Shown: positions 1 to 9,372 of the stretch, in pieces
Layout: every line of letters begins with the position of its first letter
How positions within the stretch are numbered: position 1 is the stretch's first letter
Source of the DNA: Candidatus Bathyarchaeota archaeon RBG_16_48_13
GTDB taxonomy: Archaea > Thermoproteota > Bathyarchaeia > RBG-16-48-13
Reading direction: 5' to 3'
Length of the DNA: 64,000 bases
Assembly: GCA_001775995.1 (NCBI GenBank)
Contig: MEZH01000007.1
Coordinates: 123,761 to 187,760 of the forward strand
Program-made: the position numbers and the translations under genes
Notes under the pieces: model-generated
Told to the model about the DNA's origin: nothing
What the model saw: the letters and a program-made list of their open reading frames with translations, nothing else
Database searches by the model: none

Positions 1-116
1 CATAGTAATGGGCAGTAGAGGTCTAAGCGATATAAGGGCCTTTTTCTTGGGGAGCGTTTCTAAGAAGATAAGCCAGAACGCAGAATGCCCAGTATTAATT
101 GTCAAGTAAACTAGGG

Positions 117-629
117 TCAGACTTCCTCAAAGCTCCGATTAGTCAATCCCCTTAGTGCAGGTAATTCGGAAATGAACGTGGCTGAAGAAACCATAAGAAT
201 GGAAAATGCTAACTGACTAGTATCAATATCCAAACGCAGGAACTTGAAGAATATCCAGATCATAGAGAACCCTGTGACTCCCGCAAACAAGCCAAGGAGA
301 AGAGCCCTAAAGAGGTAGAGCACGAAAAGGAATCTTCTAGACGCACCCAGTTCTGTGAAAAGGGCAGCTTCCTTGTGAACTTCTTTCCGTGCAGAGAGTT
401 TGAATGTCACGAGTGCCAAGAACGAAACAAAAATCACAAAGACAGTAACCCATGCGTTGGAAAGGTTCAGGGAATTCTCCAATTGGGGAGAAGCTAGGCT
501 TTCCGAATCTAGAATGGAATCAACTGAGAGCAAAACTAGAATCAAGAGAGACACCACAGAGGTCAGGCCAACATATTCTACAATAAATCTCCTCTTTCGA
601 CCAAACACGATTTTTGGGGAAGTGACCAA
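117..629 (-). CDS. Small 4-TM membrane protein with FtsX-like permease motif (ELGASRRF between TM2 and TM3)
   Basis: Translation shows four hydrophobic helices and the MacB/FtsX-type 'GASRR' loop motif. It has no large extracytoplasmic domain. This is sequence-pattern recognition only. Confidence 0.4.
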   Translation of the reverse strand: MVTSPKIVFGRKRRFIVEYVGLTSVVSLLILVLLSVDSILDSESLASPQLENSLNLSNAWVTVFVIFVSFLALVTFKLSARKEVHKEAALFTELGASRRFLFVLYLFRALLLGLFAGVTGFSMIWIFFKFLRLDIDTSQLAFSILMVSSATFISELPALRGLTNRSFEEV

Positions 630-768
630 GCTCGTGATTTAGATCCCTTCACACTTTTCTCAAAGATATCTCAACAGGGATTCTTCAGCAAGAATAGGCG
701 ATATAGAAAGATTAAAGTTGAGACTAATAACATCTACCATTCCAAACAATCCAGAAAGGTTCACTCTG

Positions 769-1476
769 ATGGAGATAATGGCGATAGTCACAGATGTGGA
801 TGGGACAATAACCGATGCTAGATCACGCCTGGAACTGAATGCGGTGAAAGAGATACGGCACCTTGAATCGATGAAGTACCAAGTAATAATCTCAAGTGGA
901 CGAACTTTTTGTCAGATAGCAGCTCTCAGCATCTATCTTGGAACCTCAGGGGTATTGATCTGTGAGAATGGAGGAGTAGTCGGTTTCAAAAATGGAGATA
1001 TTAGGACCATTGGTAAGAGGGAGAACGCTGAAGCAGGTTTAAAGATTCTGAGAGAAAAGCTAGGAGACCTGATCGAGATTAAGGGATTCCGTTCAATGTA
1101 TCGAATCATCGATATACCTTTAGAGCGCAACTTCCCTGCCGAGGTCGGAAACATGATTCTACGTGAACAACAAGTTCCTGCCCACATCCTCGACAGCGGA
1201 GTAGCTTTACACCTGATAGATAGAAGAGTCAATAAGGGCAGAGGACTCAGAAAGGCCTGCCAGATGATCAAACTGAAGCCAGCCAACGTTGCAACCATTG
1301 GAGACAACCTAAACGACGTTGATATGTTCAAGATAGCTGGATATAGCATAGCGCTTGGCAACGCCCCAGAGGAGGCAAAAAGAAGCTCAAACTATGCCTG
1401 TAAAGCTGAATATGGGAAGGGATTCCGAGAAGGCATAGCGCACCTATTCAAGGAAGGTATTCTGAAAAAGATTTGA
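769..1476 (+). CDS. HAD-superfamily phosphatase, archaeal phosphoglycolate phosphatase/Cof-like
   Basis: HAD motif I 'VTDVDGTIT' and motif IV 'GDNLNDVDMF' are present. Start chosen at the internal ATG at 769 (track ORF begins at 718). It lies next to the tpiA-fbp gluconeogenic pair. Confidence 0.6.
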   Translation: MEIMAIVTDVDGTITDARSRLELNAVKEIRHLESMKYQVIISSGRTFCQIAALSIYLGTSGVLICENGGVVGFKNGDIRTIGKRENAEAGLKILREKLGDLIEIKGFRSMYRIIDIPLERNFPAEVGNMILREQQVPAHILDSGVALHLIDRRVNKGRGLRKACQMIKLKPANVATIGDNLNDVDMFKIAGYSIALGNAPEEAKRSSNYACKAEYGKGFREGIAHLFKEGILKKI

Positions 1477-1581
1477 TCGGACAATTGCCTTGCTCCCTTC
1501 ACACGACCGCGGGGATTTGCATCAGCGTTTTTGCCGAAGTCATTATGATTTGCCAGAAGGCAATGTTGCAGTGCTAGAATA

Positions 1582-2283
1582 TCAGACGCCCTTCCGAGAG
1601 GTAACAGCCCGTGTCATGTCAAGTAACACTATTCTTGGATCCTTAGCTTTTACCAAGCCACTTGCTAAAAGCACACCCTCCGAGCCGAGTCTGAGGGCGG
1701 CGGCTACATCTTCTCCTGAAGTTATCCCAGCGCCACATAGAATGTGGACGCTTTCATTAACGCTCTTGGCAGTCTTGATGGTTCCACTCACCAGTTGGGG
1801 CTGAGCCTTTGAAACCGCGATGCCCGTTCCGATGAGTTGCGGAGGTTCTATTGATATTATCTCCGGCCCGAGGGCGGCCAGCGCAGCGCTGACTGATTCA
1901 CTGTTCGCGCATGCCACGGTCGTCAAGCCAAGCTCTTTAGATATGCGGATGGCTTCTGCTATTTCCGAAATCTTGAGCTGTCTTTCTGAGTGATTTATCA
2001 GAGTGCCTGTAGCCCCAGCCTCCTTGATGGCATCTGGGAGGACGCTTCCTGTGAATCCCCCAAAGGAAATCGGATCGACGTGTTGAGCAAAAATTGGAAG
2101 GGTTACCTCTTCAGCAAGTAATCTGATATCGCAGAATTGCGGGGCTAGGGACACGCAGACGCCTGTCTCGTTATGCACTTCCTCCGCGATCTTTGCGAGT
2201 CGTAGAGCATTACTTCCAGTAGCTTCGCGATATGCTTTGAAGTTCACCAATATTAATGGATATTTGATTTTTTGGGAGTTCAT
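1582..2283 (-). CDS. tpiA: Triosephosphate isomerase (archaeal type)
   Basis: Archaeal TIM length (233 aa), 'LINHSERQ' catalytic region and 'CGAGI' loop motifs. It overlaps fbp by 4 nt, suggesting an operon. Confidence 0.85.
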   Translation of the reverse strand: MNSQKIKYPLILVNFKAYREATGSNALRLAKIAEEVHNETGVCVSLAPQFCDIRLLAEEVTLPIFAQHVDPISFGGFTGSVLPDAIKEAGATGTLINHSERQLKISEIAEAIRISKELGLTTVACANSESVSAALAALGPEIISIEPPQLIGTGIAVSKAQPQLVSGTIKTAKSVNESVHILCGAGITSGEDVAAALRLGSEGVLLASGLVKAKDPRIVLLDMTRAVTSRKGV

Positions 2284-3377
2284 GACTTGACAAAACGGCC
2301 CTTCAGTTTTTCCAATACTTGAGGCATGGTGGTATACTCCATCTCATCGGGGGGCAACCTGTGCGGCATGAAGGGACCGTGTCTCCTCATATAATCCGCG
2401 ATTTCGCTGGCTTTCCGTCTAGTCTCGTCGTAAGCGCGATCGTCAAACATATCCGCCGGTCCGATGAGCTCACCGTCACATAGCTGGAAGCCGAGGGCTA
2501 CAACTCTTGGAGGACCATCAAACCTAGTGCATTTAGCATCCTTAACAGAAACTGGCATAATCGGTCCAACATGGCTCCCTCTCATCCAGCCGGCCACCAA
2601 ATGCGGGAAAGCGAAAGGCTCCAAAGCTTCTCCAGCAGCGGGAAGACCGTGTTGTACTCGCACGATAGCGACTGGATCATCCTTTCCCACATATTTCCCA
2701 GCTATGAGCGATAGCCGTTGAGTACTTGCAACGGCGCCGAGAAGGTTGTCAATGTGCCTGTGGATAGATCTTATGACGTATTTGTGCTGTGTTCCTATCA
2801 GTGCCAAGAGGTCGTAGATCTCGGAAGGAGCATGAAGGCGGACCGTGGAACCTTCTTCCACATCCAAGACCTCAAAGTCGAAGCCTCCGTGAAGACTAGG
2901 ATCAATGATCAGACCGGCTGTGCAGAATGGATCGGCGAAAATCCGGTATAGCGGAAAATTCCAAGCACCTGGCTCTGTTTTGTCTGCTGCAAAGACTATA
3001 AGAGGTTCGCTTGGTCTTTCCTCGATTTCCATCTCAGCTACACCTGGGCCAAGTCCCTTGACATTTCCAGAGAATGAGTCGGTTAGAAGATCCTGACCAG
3101 CTGCGTACAGATGCATTTTTTTTGATAGGATAGCAACGTCTTTGAACGTGTCCCACGCAAGTTTATGTATTTCACGGTTGTCTATTCCCTTCCCATGAGT
3201 TAGTACCATATTTATGTCGTCGCCGCAATTGAAAACATAGAAGTCAGTTATCTGTCCATCTTTCTTGGCTTTGTCCAGCAATTCTTTAGTCAGATCCAAT
3301 TGCTTTGGGTGTACAACATGATGACCCGCCAATGATCCCACATCAGCTTTGATAACGCTTAACGAGGTTTTGGCCAA
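2280..3377 (-). CDS. fbp: Fructose-1,6-bisphosphate aldolase/phosphatase (class V FBPase)
   Basis: N-terminus 'MAKTSLSVIKADVGSLAGHH' is the signature of archaeal bifunctional FBP aldolase/phosphatase. Length 365 aa. Confidence 0.9.
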   Translation of the reverse strand: MAKTSLSVIKADVGSLAGHHVVHPKQLDLTKELLDKAKKDGQITDFYVFNCGDDINMVLTHGKGIDNREIHKLAWDTFKDVAILSKKMHLYAAGQDLLTDSFSGNVKGLGPGVAEMEIEERPSEPLIVFAADKTEPGAWNFPLYRIFADPFCTAGLIIDPSLHGGFDFEVLDVEEGSTVRLHAPSEIYDLLALIGTQHKYVIRSIHRHIDNLLGAVASTQRLSLIAGKYVGKDDPVAIVRVQHGLPAAGEALEPFAFPHLVAGWMRGSHVGPIMPVSVKDAKCTRFDGPPRVVALGFQLCDGELIGPADMFDDRAYDETRRKASEIADYMRRHGPFMPHRLPPDEMEYTTMPQVLEKLKGRFVKS

Positions 3378-3528
3378 ATCTTCTCCTCCATTGGTCTTTG
3401 TATATTTCGTTCAGTCTATACAAGTGTTTCGCATATTGATTCGAAAATTCAAGTCTATTCTGAAAAAGATCAGAGAGCAAAGTCCATGTTGACACATATA
3501 AACGGGTTCTGCTAATATCAATAGATGG

Positions 3529-3795
3529 GTGAAAAAAATGGCAAGTAGGGCTAAACCGAAAGCGAGTTTCCATAAACGCATGGCTGATGGAAATTATCTT
3601 GGAATTGCGGTTTGGCCCGGCAAAACTGAACCGGAAGCTGAGGTCATAGCCATCCAAGTTCGCAGCTTTTACGACGGAAAATGGGAGACATTGGAAAGGA
3701 TGGCGATCTACCGAAATCCTAAGGGGACTTACTCCGCTCTGCCCGAAAGAAGGGAACCCAAAGGGCTGGAAACTCCTGCACCTGAATCGGAATAA
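3529..3795 (+). CDS. Hypothetical small protein (88 aa)
   Basis: Isolated ORF in a 430-bp intergenic region divergent from fbp. No recognisable motif. Coding status uncertain. Confidence 0.3.
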   Translation: MKKMASRAKPKASFHKRMADGNYLGIAVWPGKTEPEAEVIAIQVRSFYDGKWETLERMAIYRNPKGTYSALPERREPKGLETPAPESE

Positions 3796-3807
3796 TGCAA
3801 TCAGTTC

Positions 3808-5616
3808 TTAGGAGCTTTCACCATCGCCCACGGACGAATAATAGTATTCGCCGATGGACTTCTGCCATGAGTCAAGCTTGCTTCCAGACTTGTTGACCCT
3901 CGGTCGGCCATTTTGAGGATCTCTTCTGAAGGTTATTCCCAAGTCTTCTAAGAAGATGTTCATGCCTTCTCTCAGATTCATAGGAGAGTTAGCGTGACCC
4001 TCAACACCAGAGTCCCCCGAGAATACCATCACTTTGTCAGAAACATAGTCTGCAACTATAACGTCATGTTCGACCAAGAAGGCTACTGCACCGCGGCTCT
4101 CCACGACCCGTCTCACAACCTTAGCCATCGAGAGCCTTTCTTCGGCATCAAGATAAGCAGATCCTTCATCTATTAGGTAGATTTGAGCCTTTTTCGATAG
4201 GCAGGCAGCTATCAGGGTTTTCTGAAGCTCGCCGCCAGAGAGCTGCGAGAGAAGATGATCGAAAAGCTTGTTCAACTTTAGAGGCTGAGCTATCTCCGTA
4301 TTGTAATGACTAGAGCTAAAGTCATCTCCAGCTGCGTCTCTCAAGAGTTGTTCGACCGTCGCACGTCTTTCTATTGCCAAATATTGCGGCTTGTGACTTA
4401 CAACTAGGTTCTCTTGAACAGGCGCTGTCCCTACGTCGGGTTTATCGAGACCTGCGAGAAGCTTAATGAAAGTTGTCTTTCCTATCCCATTCGGACCGAG
4501 AACGCCGATGATCTCCCCATCATGTACTTCTCCAGGTGAAATATCGAGTCTGAATCCTTCGAATACCTTCTCCATATGATTCCATCGTAAGAAAATATTC
4601 GAGGATTTTACCTGGGGTATAGATGGACTTGCGTGGAAAACGATGGGCTCAGAACGAAATCTTACATTGTCATCAGGCAGATAACCGTCCAGATATATAT
4701 TGATACCCACTCGAACGCCATGGGGCTTGGAAATGATTCCATATACTCCTGGTTCACCGTAGAGAACACATATTTGATCAGAAAGGTAGTCGAGTATAGC
4801 GAGGTCATGTTCGGCAACGAAGACGATCTTTCCGTAATCGGCAAGATTTCGTATCTCCTTGGCAACATTGAGACGCTCTCTTATGTCAAGATAGCTGCTG
4901 GGCTCATCAAAGAGATAAACGTCCCCTTCTCTACAGAGTGTAGCCGCAACGGCTACCAGCTGCCTCTCTCCCCCGCTCAAGACATCTATGGTTCTATCCC
5001 AGAGTTTTTCCAGACTAAACTGCCTCGATAGATATTCGAATTTCTTCCTTTCGTCGATCTTACTTAGGAGACCCTTGACCTTGCCAGAAACAACCCTATC
5101 GATTTTGTCGATGTACTGAGGTTTGTGAATTACTTTAAGGCGTTTTTTGCTCAAATTTTCGAAATATTCTTGGAGGATAGATCCGCGATAGAACCTTATT
5201 ATTTGAGACCAGTCGGGGGGGGAAAGATAATCACCTAGATTCGGCTTCAACTCTCCAGAAAGGATTTTGAAGGACGTAGTCTTACCTATTCCATTCTTCC
5301 CGAGCAGTCCCGTGACAGCACCGTGCATGGGCGTCGGTAGACGGAAGAGCTTGAAGGTATTTGGTCCGAACCTGTGGCTGCAATCAGCTTCCAATTCGTT
5401 AGGAAGATTGATTATGGATATGGCCTTAAAGGGACATTTCCTGATGCATATGCCACAACCAGAGCACAAGCTTTCCACTATTGTTGGGTTCTGCTGCCCT
5501 TTATCAAACTTAATAGCCTCTATTTTACTTCGCACCTTGGGACAGTATTTGTAGCAAACCAAGCCACAGTCTTTGGACCGGCATCTATCTTGATCGAGTA
5601 CTGCGATTCTGACCAT
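3808..5616 (-). CDS. abcE1: ABCE1 / RNase L inhibitor ribosome-recycling ATPase
   Basis: N-terminal double 4Fe-4S ferredoxin motifs (CxxCxxCxxxCP twice) are followed by two ABC ATPase cassettes with Walker A 'GKNGIGKTT' and 'GPNGIGKTT'. Length 602 aa. Confidence 0.9.
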   Translation of the reverse strand: MVRIAVLDQDRCRSKDCGLVCYKYCPKVRSKIEAIKFDKGQQNPTIVESLCSGCGICIRKCPFKAISIINLPNELEADCSHRFGPNTFKLFRLPTPMHGAVTGLLGKNGIGKTTSFKILSGELKPNLGDYLSPPDWSQIIRFYRGSILQEYFENLSKKRLKVIHKPQYIDKIDRVVSGKVKGLLSKIDERKKFEYLSRQFSLEKLWDRTIDVLSGGERQLVAVAATLCREGDVYLFDEPSSYLDIRERLNVAKEIRNLADYGKIVFVAEHDLAILDYLSDQICVLYGEPGVYGIISKPHGVRVGINIYLDGYLPDDNVRFRSEPIVFHASPSIPQVKSSNIFLRWNHMEKVFEGFRLDISPGEVHDGEIIGVLGPNGIGKTTFIKLLAGLDKPDVGTAPVQENLVVSHKPQYLAIERRATVEQLLRDAAGDDFSSSHYNTEIAQPLKLNKLFDHLLSQLSGGELQKTLIAACLSKKAQIYLIDEGSAYLDAEERLSMAKVVRRVVESRGAVAFLVEHDVIVADYVSDKVMVFSGDSGVEGHANSPMNLREGMNIFLEDLGITFRRDPQNGRPRVNKSGSKLDSWQKSIGEYYYSSVGDGESS

Positions 5617-5871
5617 TTGGTGTCTCTCAATTCAAAAGGATGGATGTACCTATAATTCGAAAGGGCTCTTCAAGAAATGCTTTTTCATAGGATTATCAAA
5701 AATAGGACGAGTTCAGTCTGGATAGGTCATTCTTCATCATCGGTGTTCTCGTCGTCGCCCCAGTCCTCGTCGTCGCCCCAGTTCTCGTCTTCCATAAGAT
5801 AATACCTCCCTCGAGCTCAAGCGAAGAGAACTTAAAGCCCCTTGCCTTTAAGTTTTATGCATACACAAAAA

Positions 5872-6504
5872 CTAGAGGGTATACACCTCAGACTTGCAGT
5901 TCCGGCCGTCTACCTTGATGATTCTATGCTCTCCAGTCTTTTTCCAGCAATATTTCGCATAAAATATCGGGACGTACACAATTCTGATATGATGAATATG
6001 AGAATTCACAATGATGGAAGCTTCATTCTTTCCCTTGTTATGTAGTCCTCTAAATGTTTCAATGGCCTTTCTCACGCTGACATCCGATTTCAGGAATTCT
6101 TCTCTATGTTCTTCGTAGAAGGTCCTGCTTAACCCTGTGAGAGAATTGAAGGGAGATGGGTCGTCCACTTCTTTGCCAGCCTTGTTAAGTATTAGAACTA
6201 CATCCATTTCATGGAAATCATCTACGCCCGAGGACACGTCCAGTAAAGGTCCATCTTTGCTATTAAGTCGAGACCTCTCGCGGATTTCCTTTGATCCATG
6301 AATCAATATATATGGTTCGTAATACATTTTGAATTCTGTACAGGTAATTTCATCAGGATCAGGCCTATGAAAAAACTTTAGCCTGCCAAAGGCGTGGGTT
6401 TTATGTCTTTCCGCCTCTTCCCATGCCTTAGTTCGATCGACCTCAGATCGGATAAGGAAGTAGCTGCGTTTCACCCTATCCTGAATCAAGTCAGCTTCAC
6501 CCAT
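5872..6504 (-). CDS. Hypothetical soluble protein (210 aa), co-directional partner of the ABC ATPase
   Basis: Starts 4 nt after the stop of the upstream ABC ATPase gene. No TM segments and no recognised motifs. Confidence 0.4.
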   Translation of the reverse strand: MGEADLIQDRVKRSYFLIRSEVDRTKAWEEAERHKTHAFGRLKFFHRPDPDEITCTEFKMYYEPYILIHGSKEIRERSRLNSKDGPLLDVSSGVDDFHEMDVVLILNKAGKEVDDPSPFNSLTGLSRTFYEEHREEFLKSDVSVRKAIETFRGLHNKGKNEASIIVNSHIHHIRIVYVPIFYAKYCWKKTGEHRIIKVDGRNCKSEVYTL

Positions 6505-6507
6505 TAT

Positions 6508-7224
6508 TCAGGATCTCTGTAGGTTTGCAAGAATCTCACGTTGTTCGTCGATCTTAGTGATCTGTCCATTTTCAATTCTAGCTATCTTATTGCTTAATCT
6601 AATCACGCGGATATCATGGCTCACGCATATCAACGTAACGTGTTGGTTCTTCAACTTCTGGAACAATCTGATTACATTAGCGCCTGTTTCAAGGTCGAGG
6701 TTACTCGTTGGCTCATCGGCCAAGAGCAAAGGAGGACTATTGACCAACGCCCTGGCAATGACCACCATTTGCTTTTCTCCTTCAGAGAGTTCTGATGGAA
6801 GATTATTCGCTTTTCCTTCCAGACCCAGTTCTCTGAGAAGCTGTACAACCTTGCCAGTGCAATCCTCTTTTGAGTAGCCATCGAACATCAAAGGTAAAAA
6901 GATGTTTTCTGCTACAGAAAGATGGCATAATAGTTTGTATTCTTGTGGAATGTATCCTAACGCCTTTCGTCGGAAAGAAGCCGATTGATCCTCATTCATT
7001 TGCGTAAAGTCTTGTCCATCGATTCTTATATAACCTGAAGAAGGTCTCAGAAATCCTCCGATTAAGTTAAGGAGGAGGGTTTTGCCGCTATGACTTGGGC
7101 CTACTATGGAAAACCATTCACCCCGCTTTACATTAAGGTTCATGATCTTTATGTCCAAAGTCTTTACTGTCCCGGAGCGCGTTCTTTCCAACCTTGCTAT
7201 TTCTACGTGGATTGTTTCTCCCAT
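6508..7224 (-). CDS. ABC transporter ATP-binding protein, MacB/LolD-like
   Basis: Walker A 'GPSHSGKT', signature 'LSEGEKQ', Walker B 'LLLADEPTSNLD' and H-loop 'VSHD' are present. There is no adjacent permease gene. Confidence 0.8.
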   Translation of the reverse strand: MGETIHVEIARLERTRSGTVKTLDIKIMNLNVKRGEWFSIVGPSHSGKTLLLNLIGGFLRPSSGYIRIDGQDFTQMNEDQSASFRRKALGYIPQEYKLLCHLSVAENIFLPLMFDGYSKEDCTGKVVQLLRELGLEGKANNLPSELSEGEKQMVVIARALVNSPPLLLADEPTSNLDLETGANVIRLFQKLKNQHVTLICVSHDIRVIRLSNKIARIENGQITKIDEQREILANLQRS

Positions 7225-7352
7225 TTATCGCACCATGTCGTTATTTATTGTGGAATTGCCATGACTTTGTTGAACCAGTTTCTTAATGTGGTGGTCGCCT
7301 CATTTCGGACATTGTTTAATAGTATATGATCCTTATTGATTTAAGGATCAGG

Positions 7353-7988
7353 ATGGCCAACGTCAAGAAGTCAATGAACGCAAATATCATATTCGCTGCA
7401 GACATTGTCAGAAATGGCGGTTTGATAGTTTATCCTACCGACACGGTCTACGGCATTGGCTGTGACCCCTTCAACGAAGGGGCTTTGAGGAGACTAATAA
7501 GAGTAAAGGGGAGGGAAGAAAAGCCGCTTCCAATAATGGCGTCAAACCTGAGAAACGCCAGGAGAGTAGCATCATTCACATCAGCAGAATTGAAACTGGC
7601 AAAGCATTTTTGGCCTGGCGCTTTAACCATAGTTTTGAAAAAAAAGGAGAATCTGCCTTCATTAGTAACTTTCGGACGAGATAAAGTGGGTGTTAGGGTT
7701 CCGGCTCATCCAGTAGCTAGGAGTCTTGCCAAGCTATGTGGTGGACTCTTAATAGGTACAAGTGCCAATTTGTCTGGCATGACGCCCTCTAAGACCGCTG
7801 CCGAGGCAAACCAACAATTAGGGAAAGAAGTGGATGTCATACTGGACGCTTGCTCAACTGCGGGAGGGGTAAGTTCCACTGTGGTCGAGATGGTAGGATC
7901 TAAACCCAAGATACTTAGAAGGGGCCCAATAAGTATGGCGGAAATTCGAGGAGTTCTGGACTCTGGTGAAGATCATGGAAGAGTTTAA
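7353..7988 (+). CDS. tsaC: L-threonylcarbamoyladenylate synthase, YrdC/TsaC type (no Sua5 C-domain)
   Basis: YrdC-fold motifs 'YPTDTVYGIGCDP', 'KGREEKPL' and 'VRVPAHP'. Start placed at the ATG at 7353 (track ORF begins at 7326 inside a palindrome). Confidence 0.75.
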   Translation: MANVKKSMNANIIFAADIVRNGGLIVYPTDTVYGIGCDPFNEGALRRLIRVKGREEKPLPIMASNLRNARRVASFTSAELKLAKHFWPGALTIVLKKKENLPSLVTFGRDKVGVRVPAHPVARSLAKLCGGLLIGTSANLSGMTPSKTAAEANQQLGKEVDVILDACSTAGGVSSTVVEMVGSKPKILRRGPISMAEIRGVLDSGEDHGRV

Positions 7989-8499
7989 CCTCTTGATCGC
8001 TACTTCAAGAGGTAATGAACGAGCCGCGGCGATGGAGACAGTCGCTCTCTTGAGAGGAGTGGGTGACTCCGCAGCTCGGGCCGATAGAATTTCCATTGTT
8101 GGCCTAGTCGTGGCTCAGACTATTCTCTGTCCCTCTGACGCTATTCAGAAATTGCGTTCATTACTGAAAACAAAACCGGAGCTTTTCAGGTATATTCTGA
8201 AGATCACACCCCTTGACTGGGTAGTGCCAACAGATATGGAATCGATAAAGTCAGTCTGTCAAGAAATGGCCACTCACCTTGGAAAGGATGAAACTTTCAG
8301 GATTACGGTCAACAAGAGACATAGCCAACTGTTATCGTCGGAGATCATTGAAGTTGTCGCAGCATCAATTGACAGAAGGGTAAAGCTTGAAAATCCAGAT
8401 AAAGTAGTTCTGATCGAGATTCTTGGGCATATAGCCGGCATCTCAGTTATTAGACCTAGAGATGTCTTATCGGTCCTCAAAGAGAGATTCTCTGATTAA
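7966..8499 (+). CDS. Stand-alone THUMP-domain RNA-binding protein
   Basis: ~175-aa THUMP-like pattern (COG1818-like). It overlaps tsaC by 23 nt, suggesting an operon. Confidence 0.55.
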   Translation: MKIMEEFNLLIATSRGNERAAAMETVALLRGVGDSAARADRISIVGLVVAQTILCPSDAIQKLRSLLKTKPELFRYILKITPLDWVVPTDMESIKSVCQEMATHLGKDETFRITVNKRHSQLLSSEIIEVVAASIDRRVKLENPDKVVLIEILGHIAGISVIRPRDVLSVLKERFSD

Positions 8500-9059
8500 T
8501 GTCTTATTCCAAGCAGAGCGACACGTTCTATGACTAGTTTCTCAAGAGCTTCAGCACCTTGGGAGGAATAGCTCATTGATTCGAGTTCAGAAGGCGTTAT
8601 TTCGTAAATTCTAGAGAGTTCATCTAATCTCTCTTTATTTGACATCTCAGGGTTATCGTCGGTTTTACCTCCTATGAGCTGAACAAGCTTGCGAAAAGTG
8701 GCGGCCAGTGATGACTTCTCTGCGCCCAGCAGAACCACTGTCACATTCTGCGTTTCAGGCTTCACGCCTACCATTGAAATAGCCTTCTTGATTTGTCTCT
8801 GGCCCGAAACAAACAAGAGGAACTCTACAGCCAGCCTCTTCGAGATATTGTTCCCGTTCTCGAAGGCTCTCAAGGCATTGACGGCTGAGAAGAGCAAATG
8901 CTCAATCCCGGCTACTGAGCGAGAATCCAAGAATTGGCAGGAGTCTATGTCTTCACGAAAGGGTATTTCATTCATTGTATGTTCAAGTTTTGCATAATCG
9001 AAGTTCCTTATCCATCCTACCAAGATGTTGATTTTAAAGTGATCAAGATACATTAGCAT
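8496..9059 (-). CDS. cgi121: KEOPS complex subunit Cgi121
   Basis: The block 'VSGQRQIKKAISMVGVKPETQNVTVVLLGAEKSSLAATFRKLVQLIGG' closely matches the Cgi121 core (compare MJ0187 'ASGQRQIHEAIKIIGAKDGNVCLICED...YELIGG'). Confidence 0.8.
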   Translation of the reverse strand: MLMYLDHFKINILVGWIRNFDYAKLEHTMNEIPFREDIDSCQFLDSRSVAGIEHLLFSAVNALRAFENGNNISKRLAVEFLLFVSGQRQIKKAISMVGVKPETQNVTVVLLGAEKSSLAATFRKLVQLIGGKTDDNPEMSNKERLDELSRIYEITPSELESMSYSSQGAEALEKLVIERVALLGIRH

Positions 9060-9061
9060 TG

Positions 9062-9328
9062 CTATCCACCATGGGCCACCGGTACGAAGACCACTTGGTC
9101 ACCGCCCTTGACTTTTGTTTCAGTGCCATTCTTTGTATTGATCTCCTTTCCGTTGACGACAATTAATGATGGAACTTCATTAGCCTTAGCAGGATCCCTG
9201 GAGAAGATGTAATTTACCTTGATCCCATAATAGGAGTCCAAGCGCGTTATTAGATCAGATACCGTAATGGGATCAACAAGACTTATCTCAAGGAATCTTT
9301 CTGGAAGGAATTTTGCCAGCACACCCAT
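9062..9328 (-). CDS. MoaD/ThiS-family ubiquitin-like small protein with C-terminal Gly-Gly (SAMP-like)
   Basis: The protein ends '...GGDQVVFVPVAHGG*', which is a beta-grasp sulfur-carrier/SAMP hallmark. Start placed at the internal Met (88 aa). The track ORF extends to 9391 and would overlap the upstream gene. Confidence 0.55.
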   Translation of the reverse strand: MGVLAKFLPERFLEISLVDPITVSDLITRLDSYYGIKVNYIFSRDPAKANEVPSLIVVNGKEINTKNGTETKVKGGDQVVFVPVAHGG

Positions 9329-9372
9329 AAATCCTACTTTCAAGGGATCTTTGTTCAAGAAGAGACCTCCTG

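Noticed and set aside
400-642. Plus-strand 80-aa ORF (TTG start) inside the minus-strand permease gene
   Set aside because: It is entirely antisense to a better-supported membrane-protein ORF and has no motifs. The many similar antisense ORFs in the track were dismissed on the same grounds (for example 933..1361, 2464..3096, 4633..5031, 8689..8997, 10417..10810, 28138..28662, 42965..43726).
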